Source: a virus | Taxonomy: Duplodnaviria > Caudoviricetes | Reading direction: 5' to 3' (one strand) | IMG/VR virus record: IMGVR_UViG_3300031965_000057 | Coordinates: 1 to 44,787 of that record | DNA length: 44,787 bases | Part shown: positions 36,141-43,799 of the stretch, piece by piece | Layout: every line of letters begins with the position of its first letter | Numbering within the stretch: the stretch's first letter is position 1 | Program-made: the position numbers and the translations under genes | The notes under the pieces: model-generated | The model's input: only the letters and a program-made list of their open reading frames with translations | Database searches by the model: none | What the model was told of the DNA's origin: nothing

Positions 36141-37400
36141 TTAATTCCCAACGCCCATGAGCGTGCGCAGCAATGCGGTGCCCGCCGCCGGCGCCGCCGC
36201 GCCCACCGCGAACAGAATCCATTGCTGGGTCAATCCTGAAACGCGGGTGAAGTCAAGTGTAGGTCCGGTGGAATCGAACGACGTCGGCGACGCCACTACG
36301 GCATTGCCGGCGGAAACCGATTGCGTGTGGTCCGGCAATACAACGCCGGTGTTGGCGTAGGACGCCGTGTTGCTGGTGGCCGCTGCGTCCTCGTCCGTTC
36401 CGGCGTTGCTGTAGTTGGTCAACTCGTCGTCGATGGGGCAGAATGACCATGCGCCCCCTTCCGAATTAGCCCTAACCCCATCAACGGCGGAAGCCGCATT
36501 GCACATGAACAAACAGAAGCTCGGCTGGAATCCCGGATCGGTGAAGGTCTTGCTGATGGCCGTGGTCGGCGGGTTGACAACATCCACGCTGAACAACTGG
36601 TCCGCGTCCTGGATCGCCAGCCAGAACACGAATGACACACCTGCGGCGCTGGACACGATACTGAACCCGCTGGCGTCGGCGTCGCTGGCGGTTACGGCGA
36701 ACGACACCGAACCGCTGTCGATGACGTTAAGAATGTGCGAGCTATCTACACGGGACTGCGGATCGCCGCTGGCTGCGTTGTGGTCGGAAAACAAGCCCAG
36801 CGATCGCTGATCGAACGCCGTTCCTGAACGCACACCAATCCCATAACTCGTAAGAACATTATTGGTGACGCCTGATTCACTGGTGTTGCTGCGCGTCAGC
36901 ATCATCAGCGCGTCGGGCTGGAACCCGACTGTCGTAATGTCGACCGCGGTTGTGCCGTTCAGTTGAATTGCACCCGCATTCACGCTGAGATTGGCGTCGC
37001 CGACAATGAATACAACCGTGACAAGATAAGCGTCGCTGGGGGTGTTGCTCCAGGTGATGCGGATGCCGTCGGTGATCCACGCTGAGAATGAGGCAAGCAT
37101 GAGTATGGTTGCAGTGCCCGAAACCAACTCGATGCACCGATTACCGCGACTGTGCCGGCGCGTCGACGTGTTGGCCAGATTGTCCAGCCGGTCCTCATCC
37201 ACGACCTTATCGTTCGTGCCGTCGGTGAAGCCGACACAGGTAATGGCGTCGGCGGCAAAGGTTCCGTTGGCCGTGGCTTTGGTGGCGAAGAAGATAGCGC
37301 CTTTTTTCGTGCCCAGCGCGTCAAGACCGGTGACAGTGATATCCTGTGTCCCGCCACTGGTGGACGCTACGAACTGCTCAACTCGGTAAGAATGCGCCAT
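36141..37400 (-). CDS. Beta-rich virion protein with three internal repeats
   Basis: TQDITVTG, DITTVGFQPD and TFTDPGFQPS modules, each ending in a DG[IF]x[IL]x[WF]-like strand. Confidence 0.65.
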   Translation of the reverse strand: MAHSYRVEQFVASTSGGTQDITVTGLDALGTKKGAIFFATKATANGTFAADAITCVGFTDGTNDKVVDEDRLDNLANTSTRRHSRGNRCIELVSGTATILMLASFSAWITDGIRITWSNTPSDAYLVTVVFIVGDANLSVNAGAIQLNGTTAVDITTVGFQPDALMMLTRSNTSESGVTNNVLTSYGIGVRSGTAFDQRSLGLFSDHNAASGDPQSRVDSSHILNVIDSGSVSFAVTASDADASGFSIVSSAAGVSFVFWLAIQDADQLFSVDVVNPPTTAISKTFTDPGFQPSFCLFMCNAASAVDGVRANSEGGAWSFCPIDDELTNYSNAGTDEDAAATSNTASYANTGVVLPDHTQSVSAGNAVVASPTSFDSTGPTLDFTRVSGLTQQWILFAVGAAAPAAGTALLRTLMGVGN

Positions 37401-37708
37401 TAGTCGGTCACAATACCCATGATGGTCTTAAATTGCGCCACGGTCAACACGCCGCGCTTCAGGAACTGCATGGCCGCCTCGAACTTCAATACGAATGCGA
37501 CCTTCTGAACTGGACTCAGCCCGGTGTAGGCGGCCTTTACTTGGGTCAGTTGCGCGATTTCACCGGCAGTCAGGGTATCGCCAAGCAGATTTTCCAGCGC
37601 ACTCACCGCCTGCGCATCGGTCACGTCGCCAGACAAGTTGAGGATCAGAATCCACGCCAATTCGTGTACCGCCAGCGTTCCATCCTGCACTCTTGAAATG
37701 ATGCTCAT
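37400..37708 (-). CDS. Hypothetical protein
   Basis: GGAG ribosome-binding site; TAATG-coupled to the next gene. Confidence 0.7.
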   Translation of the reverse strand: MSIISRVQDGTLAVHELAWILILNLSGDVTDAQAVSALENLLGDTLTAGEIAQLTQVKAAYTGLSPVQKVAFVLKFEAAMQFLKRGVLTVAQFKTIMGIVTD

Positions 37709-37741
37709 GGGAATCTCCAGTAAAAAAACCTAATGTCCATG

Positions 37742-37867
37742 TCACCCCATCATCGCCCACACCAGCCATGAGAACAAGGCCAGCGTCGCCACCACGATCA
37801 GCACCACCGGCCACAGCGGCGGGTCATACTTCGGCAGCAGGTCTTTTTTCAGGCGGGAGCGTTTCAT
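37742..37867 (-). CDS. Small single-TM protein (MKRSRLKKDLLPKYDPPLWPVVLIVVATLALFSWLVWAMMG)
   Basis: Translated by hand; basic N-terminus and a hydrophobic helix. Not in the ORF track. Confidence 0.5.
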   Translation of the reverse strand: MKRSRLKKDLLPKYDPPLWPVVLIVVATLALFSWLVWAMMG

Positions 37868-38039
37868 TCATCACCTTTCGCACCGCGTCCGCCCAGGCGT
37901 CCCAGGCGTCATTTCGCTCCCGAATCACGCGGTTCAACTCTGACTGCGGCGCGTCGTGGCGGTACGCGAAATACTGCTCGTTCGCGCGCATCGCGGCGAC
38001 GCTCAAGTCGGCAACGCGATGGGCATCTTCGTCGGTCAT
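37824..38039 (-). CDS. Hypothetical protein
   Basis: ATGA-coupled start MTDEDAHRV. Confidence 0.55.
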   Translation of the reverse strand: MTDEDAHRVADLSVAAMRANEQYFAYRHDAPQSELNRVIRERNDAWDAWADAVRKVMNETLPPEKRPAAEV

Positions 38040-38335
38040 TTGTCTGCCGGCATGGTGGTGGTCTGATGCGTTGACTGCGGCGCAACCCACTGGCGGAATC
38101 CGAAAGACAACAGCGTGCCGATGAACGCCAGCGCGCCCAGCACCATCCCGGTGACGACGATCCACAAGAGCCTGTGCCGGTCGCGCTTGTCCGCCTGTTG
38201 ATTAGCCTCGATGCGATCGGTGGTGCGCTTGACGCTGCGCATGAGTTCGTCGAGGCCCGGCTCACCGTTGCCATAGACGGTCTTGTTCAGCCGATCGACG
38301 TGTATGGTGAGTTGTGCCAAAGTTTGTTCGTCCAT
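38036..38335 (-). CDS. Holin-like (XhlA-type) coiled-coil protein with C-terminal TM
   Basis: VYGNGEPGL motif, coiled coil, TM LLWIVVTGMVLGALAFIGTLL. Confidence 0.55.
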   Translation of the reverse strand: MDEQTLAQLTIHVDRLNKTVYGNGEPGLDELMRSVKRTTDRIEANQQADKRDRHRLLWIVVTGMVLGALAFIGTLLSFGFRQWVAPQSTHQTTTMPADK

Positions 38336-38431
38336 GACGTTGCCCCGATACGAATTACACGAGGCGCACCTGCCCGCCGTGCACCAGCCAGTACGCGGCG
38401 CATTGGGCGTTGCAGTCAAGCCAGCCGAGGG

Positions 38432-38456
38432 GTTGGAAGCAGAAGCGTTGCCACAT
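38432..38456. repeat. 25-bp direct repeat, copy 1 (GTTGGAAGCAGAAGCGTTGCCACAT)
   Basis: Identical to 39344-39368; a partial core copy lies at 38491-38500. Confidence 0.92.
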
Positions 38457-38792
38457 CACACACATTCCCTATTGTTTTTCTGACGAGGAAGTTGGAAGCA
38501 CCAACACCCTGGTATAACCCAACTGCACCAGAAACACACGAATATACATCTTGTCGATCCACCCAATTGGAGGATTCGGTTCGTCGATTTTTACAAGTGA
38601 TGTGTTTCCAGTAGTGCTTTCGGCCATGTCTATCGTCTCCCCAACAGATCCAACAGATTCATGCGCTGCTCACACCATCTGTAGTCCCGCTTGGGTTTGG
38701 GGTCGGGTTCCGGCGACGGTTCAACCGCCCGGTTCGTTTTGATCGCACGAGCGATGGCCTTGTACACGCGCCGACGATGTTTGCTCTTGTCG

Positions 38793-39215
38793 TCATAGCT
38801 TCGTCCTGAAAACATAATCCCACACAATACCAGTCGTCAGCGAGTAGTTTACATCCCACCAGCGATGATGCCAAAGGTGATGCCGCGCCGTCGGCCACCA
38901 CTTGCCGCGATGGATGCGGTAGTGGCCGATGTCGTCGATCGCCTGCCCCGTCAGTCCGCCCAACCACAGCCACAAGGCGGGCAGCGTCGGTTCGCACAGG
39001 CCCAACAGAATGAGTGCGTAAATGCCCGCAACCGCGCCGCTGGCCAGCACACCGATGATGAGTGTCGCGCCGAACGTGGAGGGCGGATCGATGTGATGCT
39101 GCATTTCGCCGTGACTGAGATAGCCGCGCTTGGTCTTGATGCACCAGTGCCAGAAGCGATGGGTCGCGTAGTGCCCCAGCGACCACAGCGCGAAACCGAT
39201 CAGGAAGTAGATCAT
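38793..39215 (-). CDS. Sterol desaturase / fatty acid hydroxylase superfamily protein (minimal, 140 aa)
   Basis: His boxes HYATHRFWH, EMQHH, DDIGHYRIH, HHLWHH and terminal NYSLTTGIVWDYVFRT; hydrophobic TM segments. Confidence 0.85.
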   Translation of the reverse strand: MIYFLIGFALWSLGHYATHRFWHWCIKTKRGYLSHGEMQHHIDPPSTFGATLIIGVLASGAVAGIYALILLGLCEPTLPALWLWLGGLTGQAIDDIGHYRIHRGKWWPTARHHLWHHRWWDVNYSLTTGIVWDYVFRTKL

Positions 39216-39216
39216 C

Positions 39217-39318
39217 TTAAACCCTGCTTGCGATCCACGCCACGGCCGCACCGATGAGCACGGCGAACACCAGCGCGGATAGGATGAATCGACCGGCGAT
39301 GCGCGGGTGGTGTTTCAT
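39217..39318 (-). CDS. Small single-TM peptide (MKHHPRIAGRFILSALVFAVLIGAAVAWIASRV)
   Basis: Hydrophobic helix; tight coupling with neighbours; start uncertain. Confidence 0.5.
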   Translation of the reverse strand: MKHHPRIAGRFILSALVFAVLIGAAVAWIASRV

Positions 39319-39343
39319 GGTGTCGACGGCTTCCTTGCGGCGA

Positions 39344-39368
39344 GTTGGAAGCAGAAGCGTTGCCACAT
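39344..39368. repeat. 25-bp direct repeat, copy 2
   Basis: Identical to 38432-38456. Confidence 0.92.
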
Positions 39369-39370
39369 GG

Positions 39371-39595
39371 TCATACATGTTTCTTTCGCGGCTTGATCCG
39401 CTTCGGACCCGCCGCGGCTTTGCGTTCGTGGCGATAACCAGCGGACGATCTGAACCACACTGCGAAGTTCCGCCACGCCCGCCACGCATCCGACTCGCGG
39501 TTGTAGCCGTGCGCCGACGCGACCACGCGGCCGCAACGGATCACGCGCCATGACCACTGCTTGCCGCTGCGGAATGTCTGAACGGTGGGCATCAT
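39371..39595 (-). CDS. DUF1508/YegP-like protein
   Basis: KQWSWRVIRCGRVVASAHGYNRESDA matches WxWRxxxxNGxxxAxSxEGYxxxxxA. Confidence 0.7.
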   Translation of the reverse strand: MMPTVQTFRSGKQWSWRVIRCGRVVASAHGYNRESDAWRAWRNFAVWFRSSAGYRHERKAAAGPKRIKPRKKHV

Positions 39596-40146
39596 GCTGG
39601 CTTCCTCGCGGCGAGTTCGGTTTCCAGCGCCTTGCGGTACAGCGGGTCTTTGGTTTTCTTGCTTTCGATGGCGCGGATTCTATCGGTAGGTAGCGGCGTT
39701 TTGTGCGCTTTGGAGTCGACAATAGCTTCGGCGTCGGCCCGCGCTTCGATTCGCTTCGGACGCGGGATCATGTTGAACAGCGACAGCAGAAACGCGAACA
39801 CGGGCCGGAAATAAATCAGCACGAACACCACCGTGGCGATGATGCCGCCCCAGACGATGAAGTCGAACAGATTGCCCCAGAACCCCTTGACATCCACCAC
39901 GCGCTGAGCGGCGTCCTGCACGCCGATCGCCGCCTCCGCAATCACGTCCTGCCGCTTGCGCGCCGATAGTACCAGCGGTTCAGCGGTCGGTCCTATCTCG
40001 CCGGTCGCCAGCGCGGAGTCGAGTTCCGCCGCCGACGCCGACGCCTCACGCTGTACTGTCACTGCCGCACGGCCAATGGCCTGCTTCGCCGAGCCGCTAC
40101 AGCCGGTCAACGCGGCAAGCAGTAGGGCGATGGCTAAGCGCAACAT
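39592..40146 (-). CDS. Lipoprotein with C-terminal TM helix, unimolecular-spanin-like
   Basis: Signal MLRLAIALLLAALTG-C (lipobox), helical middle region, TM FIVWGGIIATVVFVLIYF, basic tail; AGGAG ribosome-binding site. Confidence 0.6.
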   Translation of the reverse strand: MLRLAIALLLAALTGCSGSAKQAIGRAAVTVQREASASAAELDSALATGEIGPTAEPLVLSARKRQDVIAEAAIGVQDAAQRVVDVKGFWGNLFDFIVWGGIIATVVFVLIYFRPVFAFLLSLFNMIPRPKRIEARADAEAIVDSKAHKTPLPTDRIRAIESKKTKDPLYRKALETELAARKPA

Positions 40147-40170
40147 AGTCGGACTCCTGGGGGTGTCCTA

Positions 40171-40201
40171 ATACTATCCATGATGCCGGGCGGCGGGTCA
40201 A
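40171..40201 (-). promoter_or_regulatory. Possible sigma70-like promoter heading the lysis/structural operon
   Basis: Minus strand TTGACC ... GATAGTAT; spacer 17 or 19 nt depending on the hexamer chosen. Confidence 0.4.
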
Positions 40202-40220
40202 GGGGAAAGGCTCAGGAGCA

Positions 40221-41063
40221 TCAGCAGCGCCGCGTAATCAGCACTTCATCCACCGCGCCGTTTGTCTGCGACCGGCTCGTTTGCTCAATCCAGTTCCAGC
40301 GATCGACGGAATACAACTCGCGGATCAACGGATGATCGCCGTAGCGGATAACAAGCCTGCACGAATTAAACTCACCAAGACGTTTTGCCAGCCGCCTCTG
40401 CTGCACCGTGGAAAACGAATGCTCATATTCCTGCCCCGCGTCCGGCCACGGCGCGTCTACGTACAGCCCGTGGTCCGGCTGATCCTTGACGCGATCGAGG
40501 AAGTCGAACACGTCCATGCAGGTAAACTCCCAACTCTTGAGGCACTGGTGCCACTCGCTCAGCGATTCGATAGCCGACTGAAACCGACGCGCCGAACCGC
40601 CGCCGGACGCCGTCCACCGCACGGCAAGATTCTGAGTGAACTCAGTTTTTTTACCCGCATGACCGCCGCGCCCCATCCAGCAGGCGGCGAAGTAGTCGGC
40701 AGCCCATTGCACGTCGCCGTCATCGTGTGCGGGTTTGGAAAAATGTCCCCACGAGTCCATTGGCTGTTCACGCCCCCTGCACCGTCGTTGCGCCTTCGCA
40801 AGTTCGTCGGGGTGAAACAGGCGACCACGCAGCATCGCTTCAAGCTGTTCGCGCTTCTCGACGTCCGCAATGCAGCGCGCCAGATTGATGACATGCCGGT
40901 GCAGGTCATTCGCCAGTCCGCCGCGCGTGCGAATGTGCGGAAGTTCAGGCGCGCCGCCCATGAACGGCACACCGCACCACGCGAGCTTGCCTAGCGCATC
41001 GCCTACCGATTGAGCCAGCAGGCGGTTTGATCCGAACCAGGGGGCTATCGTTTTTATCTTCAT
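40221..41063 (-). CDS. DNA adenine methyltransferase (Dam/D12 class)
   Basis: PWFGS, VPFMGG (SAM motif I), ANDLHRHVINL, LYVDAPW (motif IV variant), IRYGDHPLIRELY, DEVLI. Confidence 0.85.
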   Translation of the reverse strand: MKIKTIAPWFGSNRLLAQSVGDALGKLAWCGVPFMGGAPELPHIRTRGGLANDLHRHVINLARCIADVEKREQLEAMLRGRLFHPDELAKAQRRCRGREQPMDSWGHFSKPAHDDGDVQWAADYFAACWMGRGGHAGKKTEFTQNLAVRWTASGGGSARRFQSAIESLSEWHQCLKSWEFTCMDVFDFLDRVKDQPDHGLYVDAPWPDAGQEYEHSFSTVQQRRLAKRLGEFNSCRLVIRYGDHPLIRELYSVDRWNWIEQTSRSQTNGAVDEVLITRRC

Positions 41064-41284
41064 GTTTCAACTCGCGTCCGCCGTCGCACCGGCCCGGTGT
41101 CGCCGGCGTCGGCAACAGGGCCGTCGTACTCAGGGATCAGCGCAAACTCGTCATCCGTCACCGGCACGCGCAGATGGCCGATCGCGGCCGGGCTGAACCA
41201 CCACCACTCCACGTCACCGCCGACGCCGGCAAGCGCCTTGATTGCCGCGCGCTCAATGCGCGACGGACAGCGCTTCATACCCAT
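41060..41284 (-). CDS. Hypothetical protein
   Basis: ATGA-coupled to the methylase gene. Confidence 0.55.
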   Translation of the reverse strand: MGMKRCPSRIERAAIKALAGVGGDVEWWWFSPAAIGHLRVPVTDDEFALIPEYDGPVADAGDTGPVRRRTRVET

Positions 41285-41511
41285 TGGGTCGCCTACCGAA
41301 ACCGAGGCGTGCCAGACCGGACGCCCGTTGTTGAGTCGCGCTCACCTGTCGACCGCGAGTATCAAACACAACAGGTTGCCGTCGGGCTGCTTGCTGATGG
41401 TGCGATAAGGCGCGATGTTGTCACCGCCGAATGGATGCGTCAGTGCGAAGGTTTGTTGGTCGGTCATACGCCCGCCTTTCGGTTCGGGTCTTTGTGGCAG
41501 TGGCATTGGTT

Positions 41512-41961
41512 TCATTTCGTTTTGCCCTTGACGAATAACGGCGCTGTTCTGGCGGCCTCCCGCCGTTTAGCAGCACGCTCACCTGCTTGTTCTTTCGTGC
41601 GGGCGCAGTGGCACTCGTGACACAGCGTGCGCAGGTTGTCAGGATGGTGAGTCCCGCCGTCCTTCACGGCGATGATGTGATCAATTTCCAAAGCGCCGCC
41701 GCGCGTAGTCATAACACTACCCCACTTTGTTACTTTTGTCCGCCTTTCTGATCCGCACTGAGCGCACTTACGACCGACGCGATATAACACAAACCACTTC
41801 GAGTAGCCGAAGTCCGCGTGCTTGCGGCACTCATCGTTGCAGTAGCTTGACCGGCCCTTGGGCACCTCAGCATGACACCAGCGGCAGAATCGCCTGCCGT
41901 TCGGACCGCGCCCGGGCGGCTGCTTGGGTATGCCGTGACTGGTGATGGTGCGGGGTTTCAT
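41512..41961 (-). CDS. HNH endonuclease with an N-terminal zinc finger
   Basis: CRWC...CNDEC; CAQC...EIDHIIAVKDGG...NLRTLCHECH. Confidence 0.9.
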   Translation of the reverse strand: MKPRTITSHGIPKQPPGRGPNGRRFCRWCHAEVPKGRSSYCNDECRKHADFGYSKWFVLYRVGRKCAQCGSERRTKVTKWGSVMTTRGGALEIDHIIAVKDGGTHHPDNLRTLCHECHCARTKEQAGERAAKRREAARTAPLFVKGKTK

Positions 41962-41989
41962 TTCATCGACTCCGATTTATTGCGTGCGC

Positions 41990-42637
41990 TCATGTCCGGC
42001 GCCTGACTTCCAGCCGGTGCCACTGGTCCGCGGGGATCAGCACCGAGTCAGCCGACCCGTTGTGCAGGCCCTTCGACGAGAAGGTGAACCGGCTCCGGTC
42101 GCCCAGGTCCGTCCACTCCCCCTCTGGCCCCAGCCGCACCGCCACGATATCCAGGTCGCCCCAAAGCTCCTCCGCGTTCGCCGGAATCCGATCCCGGCGC
42201 CGCCTCCCCCTCCCCTTCCGAACGTGCGAAGCAACGTCCCCCCCTTGGGGGGTTAGGGGGGTATTCTGTCCTGTAATGGTAATGGTACTGTCGGGGCAAA
42301 ATGCGCGGTTGTCGGACAACTGCGCAGTTCCCCGAATCTTGTCACGTTGATAAACCCTCCAATTTACTACGGTTAGCACCTCTTCCTCTATCTTTATGGC
42401 GCGCGCTTTTGTAGAAAAATCAAGCATTTCGGCCACACTGCGCGCACTCAGTCTGTAGCGCCTTTGCATCACTTTCGGCGCATTTTCGCGCCAAGCCACC
42501 TTCCCGGCGCGGCCGCAAACCTTGACGTGACAGAGCAGGAACAGCCAGGCCAAACGGCCCCCATCAGTGGCGTCCTCAAGCATCTCGGAATCCATCCAGT
42601 CGATCGAAATGGAAATCCAAGGGGCTGTAACACTCAT
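41990..42637 (-). CDS. Putative phage replication initiator (replisome-organiser-like N-terminus)
   Basis: PWISISIDWMD...AWLFLLC...TVVNWRVYQ N-domain and TITITGQNTPLTPQGG linker typical of phage Rep proteins. Confidence 0.65.
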   Translation of the reverse strand: MSVTAPWISISIDWMDSEMLEDATDGGRLAWLFLLCHVKVCGRAGKVAWRENAPKVMQRRYRLSARSVAEMLDFSTKARAIKIEEEVLTVVNWRVYQRDKIRGTAQLSDNRAFCPDSTITITGQNTPLTPQGGDVASHVRKGRGRRRRDRIPANAEELWGDLDIVAVRLGPEGEWTDLGDRSRFTFSSKGLHNGSADSVLIPADQWHRLEVRRRT

Positions 42638-42661
42638 GGCCGATCTCATGCGGCGGCCAGC

Positions 42662-42766
42662 GCCCGGCGGGGCGAGGTGTGTTCACCCGTCGCGACGGCG
42701 CGCAAGATGGCTCACCCCGCCGGGCATAGACCGCAACTTGATGTCTGGTTGCAGGTGAACACACCC
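42662..42766 (-). ncRNA. Structured 5' leader RNA with interleaved long pairings (C4/CI antisense-like architecture)
   Basis: 42662-42676 pairs with 42711-42725 and 42676-42687 pairs with 42754-42765. The mismatches are G-U pairs on the minus strand. Confidence 0.55.
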
Positions 42767-42810
42767 CCCATCATCAGCATTTCGCCGATGTCGTCAAGAG
42801 TTTTCCCAAA

Positions 42811-42830
42811 TGTGGAAACACTGTGGATAA
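42811..42830. promoter_or_regulatory. DnaA box(es)
   Basis: Perfect TGTGGATAA at 42822-42830 and near-match TGTGGAAAC at 42811-42819. Confidence 0.55.
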
Positions 42831-42888
42831 CTCTGCCGCCGCCCAGCCGACCCTATAGGCCCGTACCCATTTTAGAATTGTAGGTGAA

Positions 42889-42943
42889 GCGTACTAATTT
42901 CGACCGGCTTTTCCCGCCTTTCTGCCAACCCCAATTAGTACGC
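42889..42943. repeat. 11-bp perfect inverted repeat GCGTACTAATT-N33-AATTAGTACGC
   Basis: Arms at 42889-42899 and 42933-42943. Confidence 0.8.
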
Positions 42944-43009
42944 GCCACGTATTATGTGCGACACGTACGATAAATCTTGACAATTTTCAACAAAATATCA
43001 AGTAACCCA

Positions 43010-43038
43010 TTGCAATATGACGATAGGCTTGTTAGTCT
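43010..43038 (+). promoter_or_regulatory. Sigma70-like early promoter
   Basis: TTGCAA, 17-nt spacer ending in TGn, TAGTCT; AT-rich upstream with a further TTGACA at 42977. Confidence 0.6.
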
Positions 43039-43056
43039 GTTATCGAACAAACAACC

Positions 43057-43412
43057 CCGCGCCGGGCGGTCCCCGGCTGAACACAGAGAGGAAAGATCAT
43101 GCGAACCCCGACAATCGAAGCCGTCCACGACTATCTGATGCCCGCCCGCGTCCTGGCGCGGTGCATCGCCCAGCGCGATGATGGCATTACCGTGTACGAG
43201 GCGCGATCGGACTGGCGCGCCCGCTGGACGTTGGCGCGGCTGGCTGGCTGCGAGATACCGGGGTCGATGCTCAGCCGCCTCACGCTGAGGCAGGTGCAGG
43301 TGGAGGAGTGCGATGAGCGCGCGTGCTTCATCTACACGCTCCATTGCGTGCCTATGGTCGAGATCGTCGTCAGCTATTGAGATTTCCGCGCCGGGCGGCT
43401 CCCGGCAGAACA
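43057..43412 (+). repeat. Two 27-bp leader repeats (43057-43083 and 43386-43412) containing a GCCGGG-N5-CCCGGC hairpin
   Basis: ccgcgccgggcggtccccggctgaaca vs ccgcgccgggcggctcccggcagaaca (24/27 identical). Confidence 0.8.
43099..43380 (+). CDS. Hypothetical early protein
   Basis: GAGAGGA ribosome-binding site; first gene after the promoter. Confidence 0.7.
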   Translation: MRTPTIEAVHDYLMPARVLARCIAQRDDGITVYEARSDWRARWTLARLAGCEIPGSMLSRLTLRQVQVEECDERACFIYTLHCVPMVEIVVSY

Positions 43413-43507
43413 AAATCGGCTGAAAGGAACCCCCATGCTCTGGTACTGGATTCTAATCGTAATCTTCGGCGCGCTGACCACCGCCGGATTGTGCAAGGAG
43501 CGCCCCC

Positions 43508-43714
43508 ATGATCCGAATCATTAAACCAAACAACGGCACGTCGGCCAGCATGACGCCCGAACAAGCGGTCGAACACCTGTGCCGACTGTCAGAGCAGCAC
43601 CAGTCCCCGCGCGTGCGCGCCATGATGCGCCGCGCCCGCGTGCTGGCCGACTCCGACAAGGCGGTCAAGGCGGCGCTGGACGGGATGGCGAAGCAGGCGG
43701 CGTCCGCCGAATGA
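43508..43714 (+). CDS. Hypothetical early protein
   Basis: AAGGAG ribosome-binding site. Confidence 0.65.
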   Translation: MIRIIKPNNGTSASMTPEQAVEHLCRLSEQHQSPRVRAMMRRARVLADSDKAVKAALDGMAKQAASAE

Positions 43715-43799
43715 ATCTCTTTCCTCCGGCCCTCGTCGCCCACAGCGGCGGGGGCTTTTACCCCGCAGACAACGCACCAACCCCACAGAGAGGAACACT

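Noticed and set aside
38432-38520. Mini-CRISPR array (GTTGGAAGCA recurring after 59 bp)
   Set aside because: The second copy matches over only 10 bp, there is no third periodic copy, and the full-length twin is 912 bp away.
42935-42962. dif/Xer recombination site around TTATGTGCGAC
   Set aside because: The left arm is not an inverted counterpart and the match to the 28-bp dif consensus is poor.
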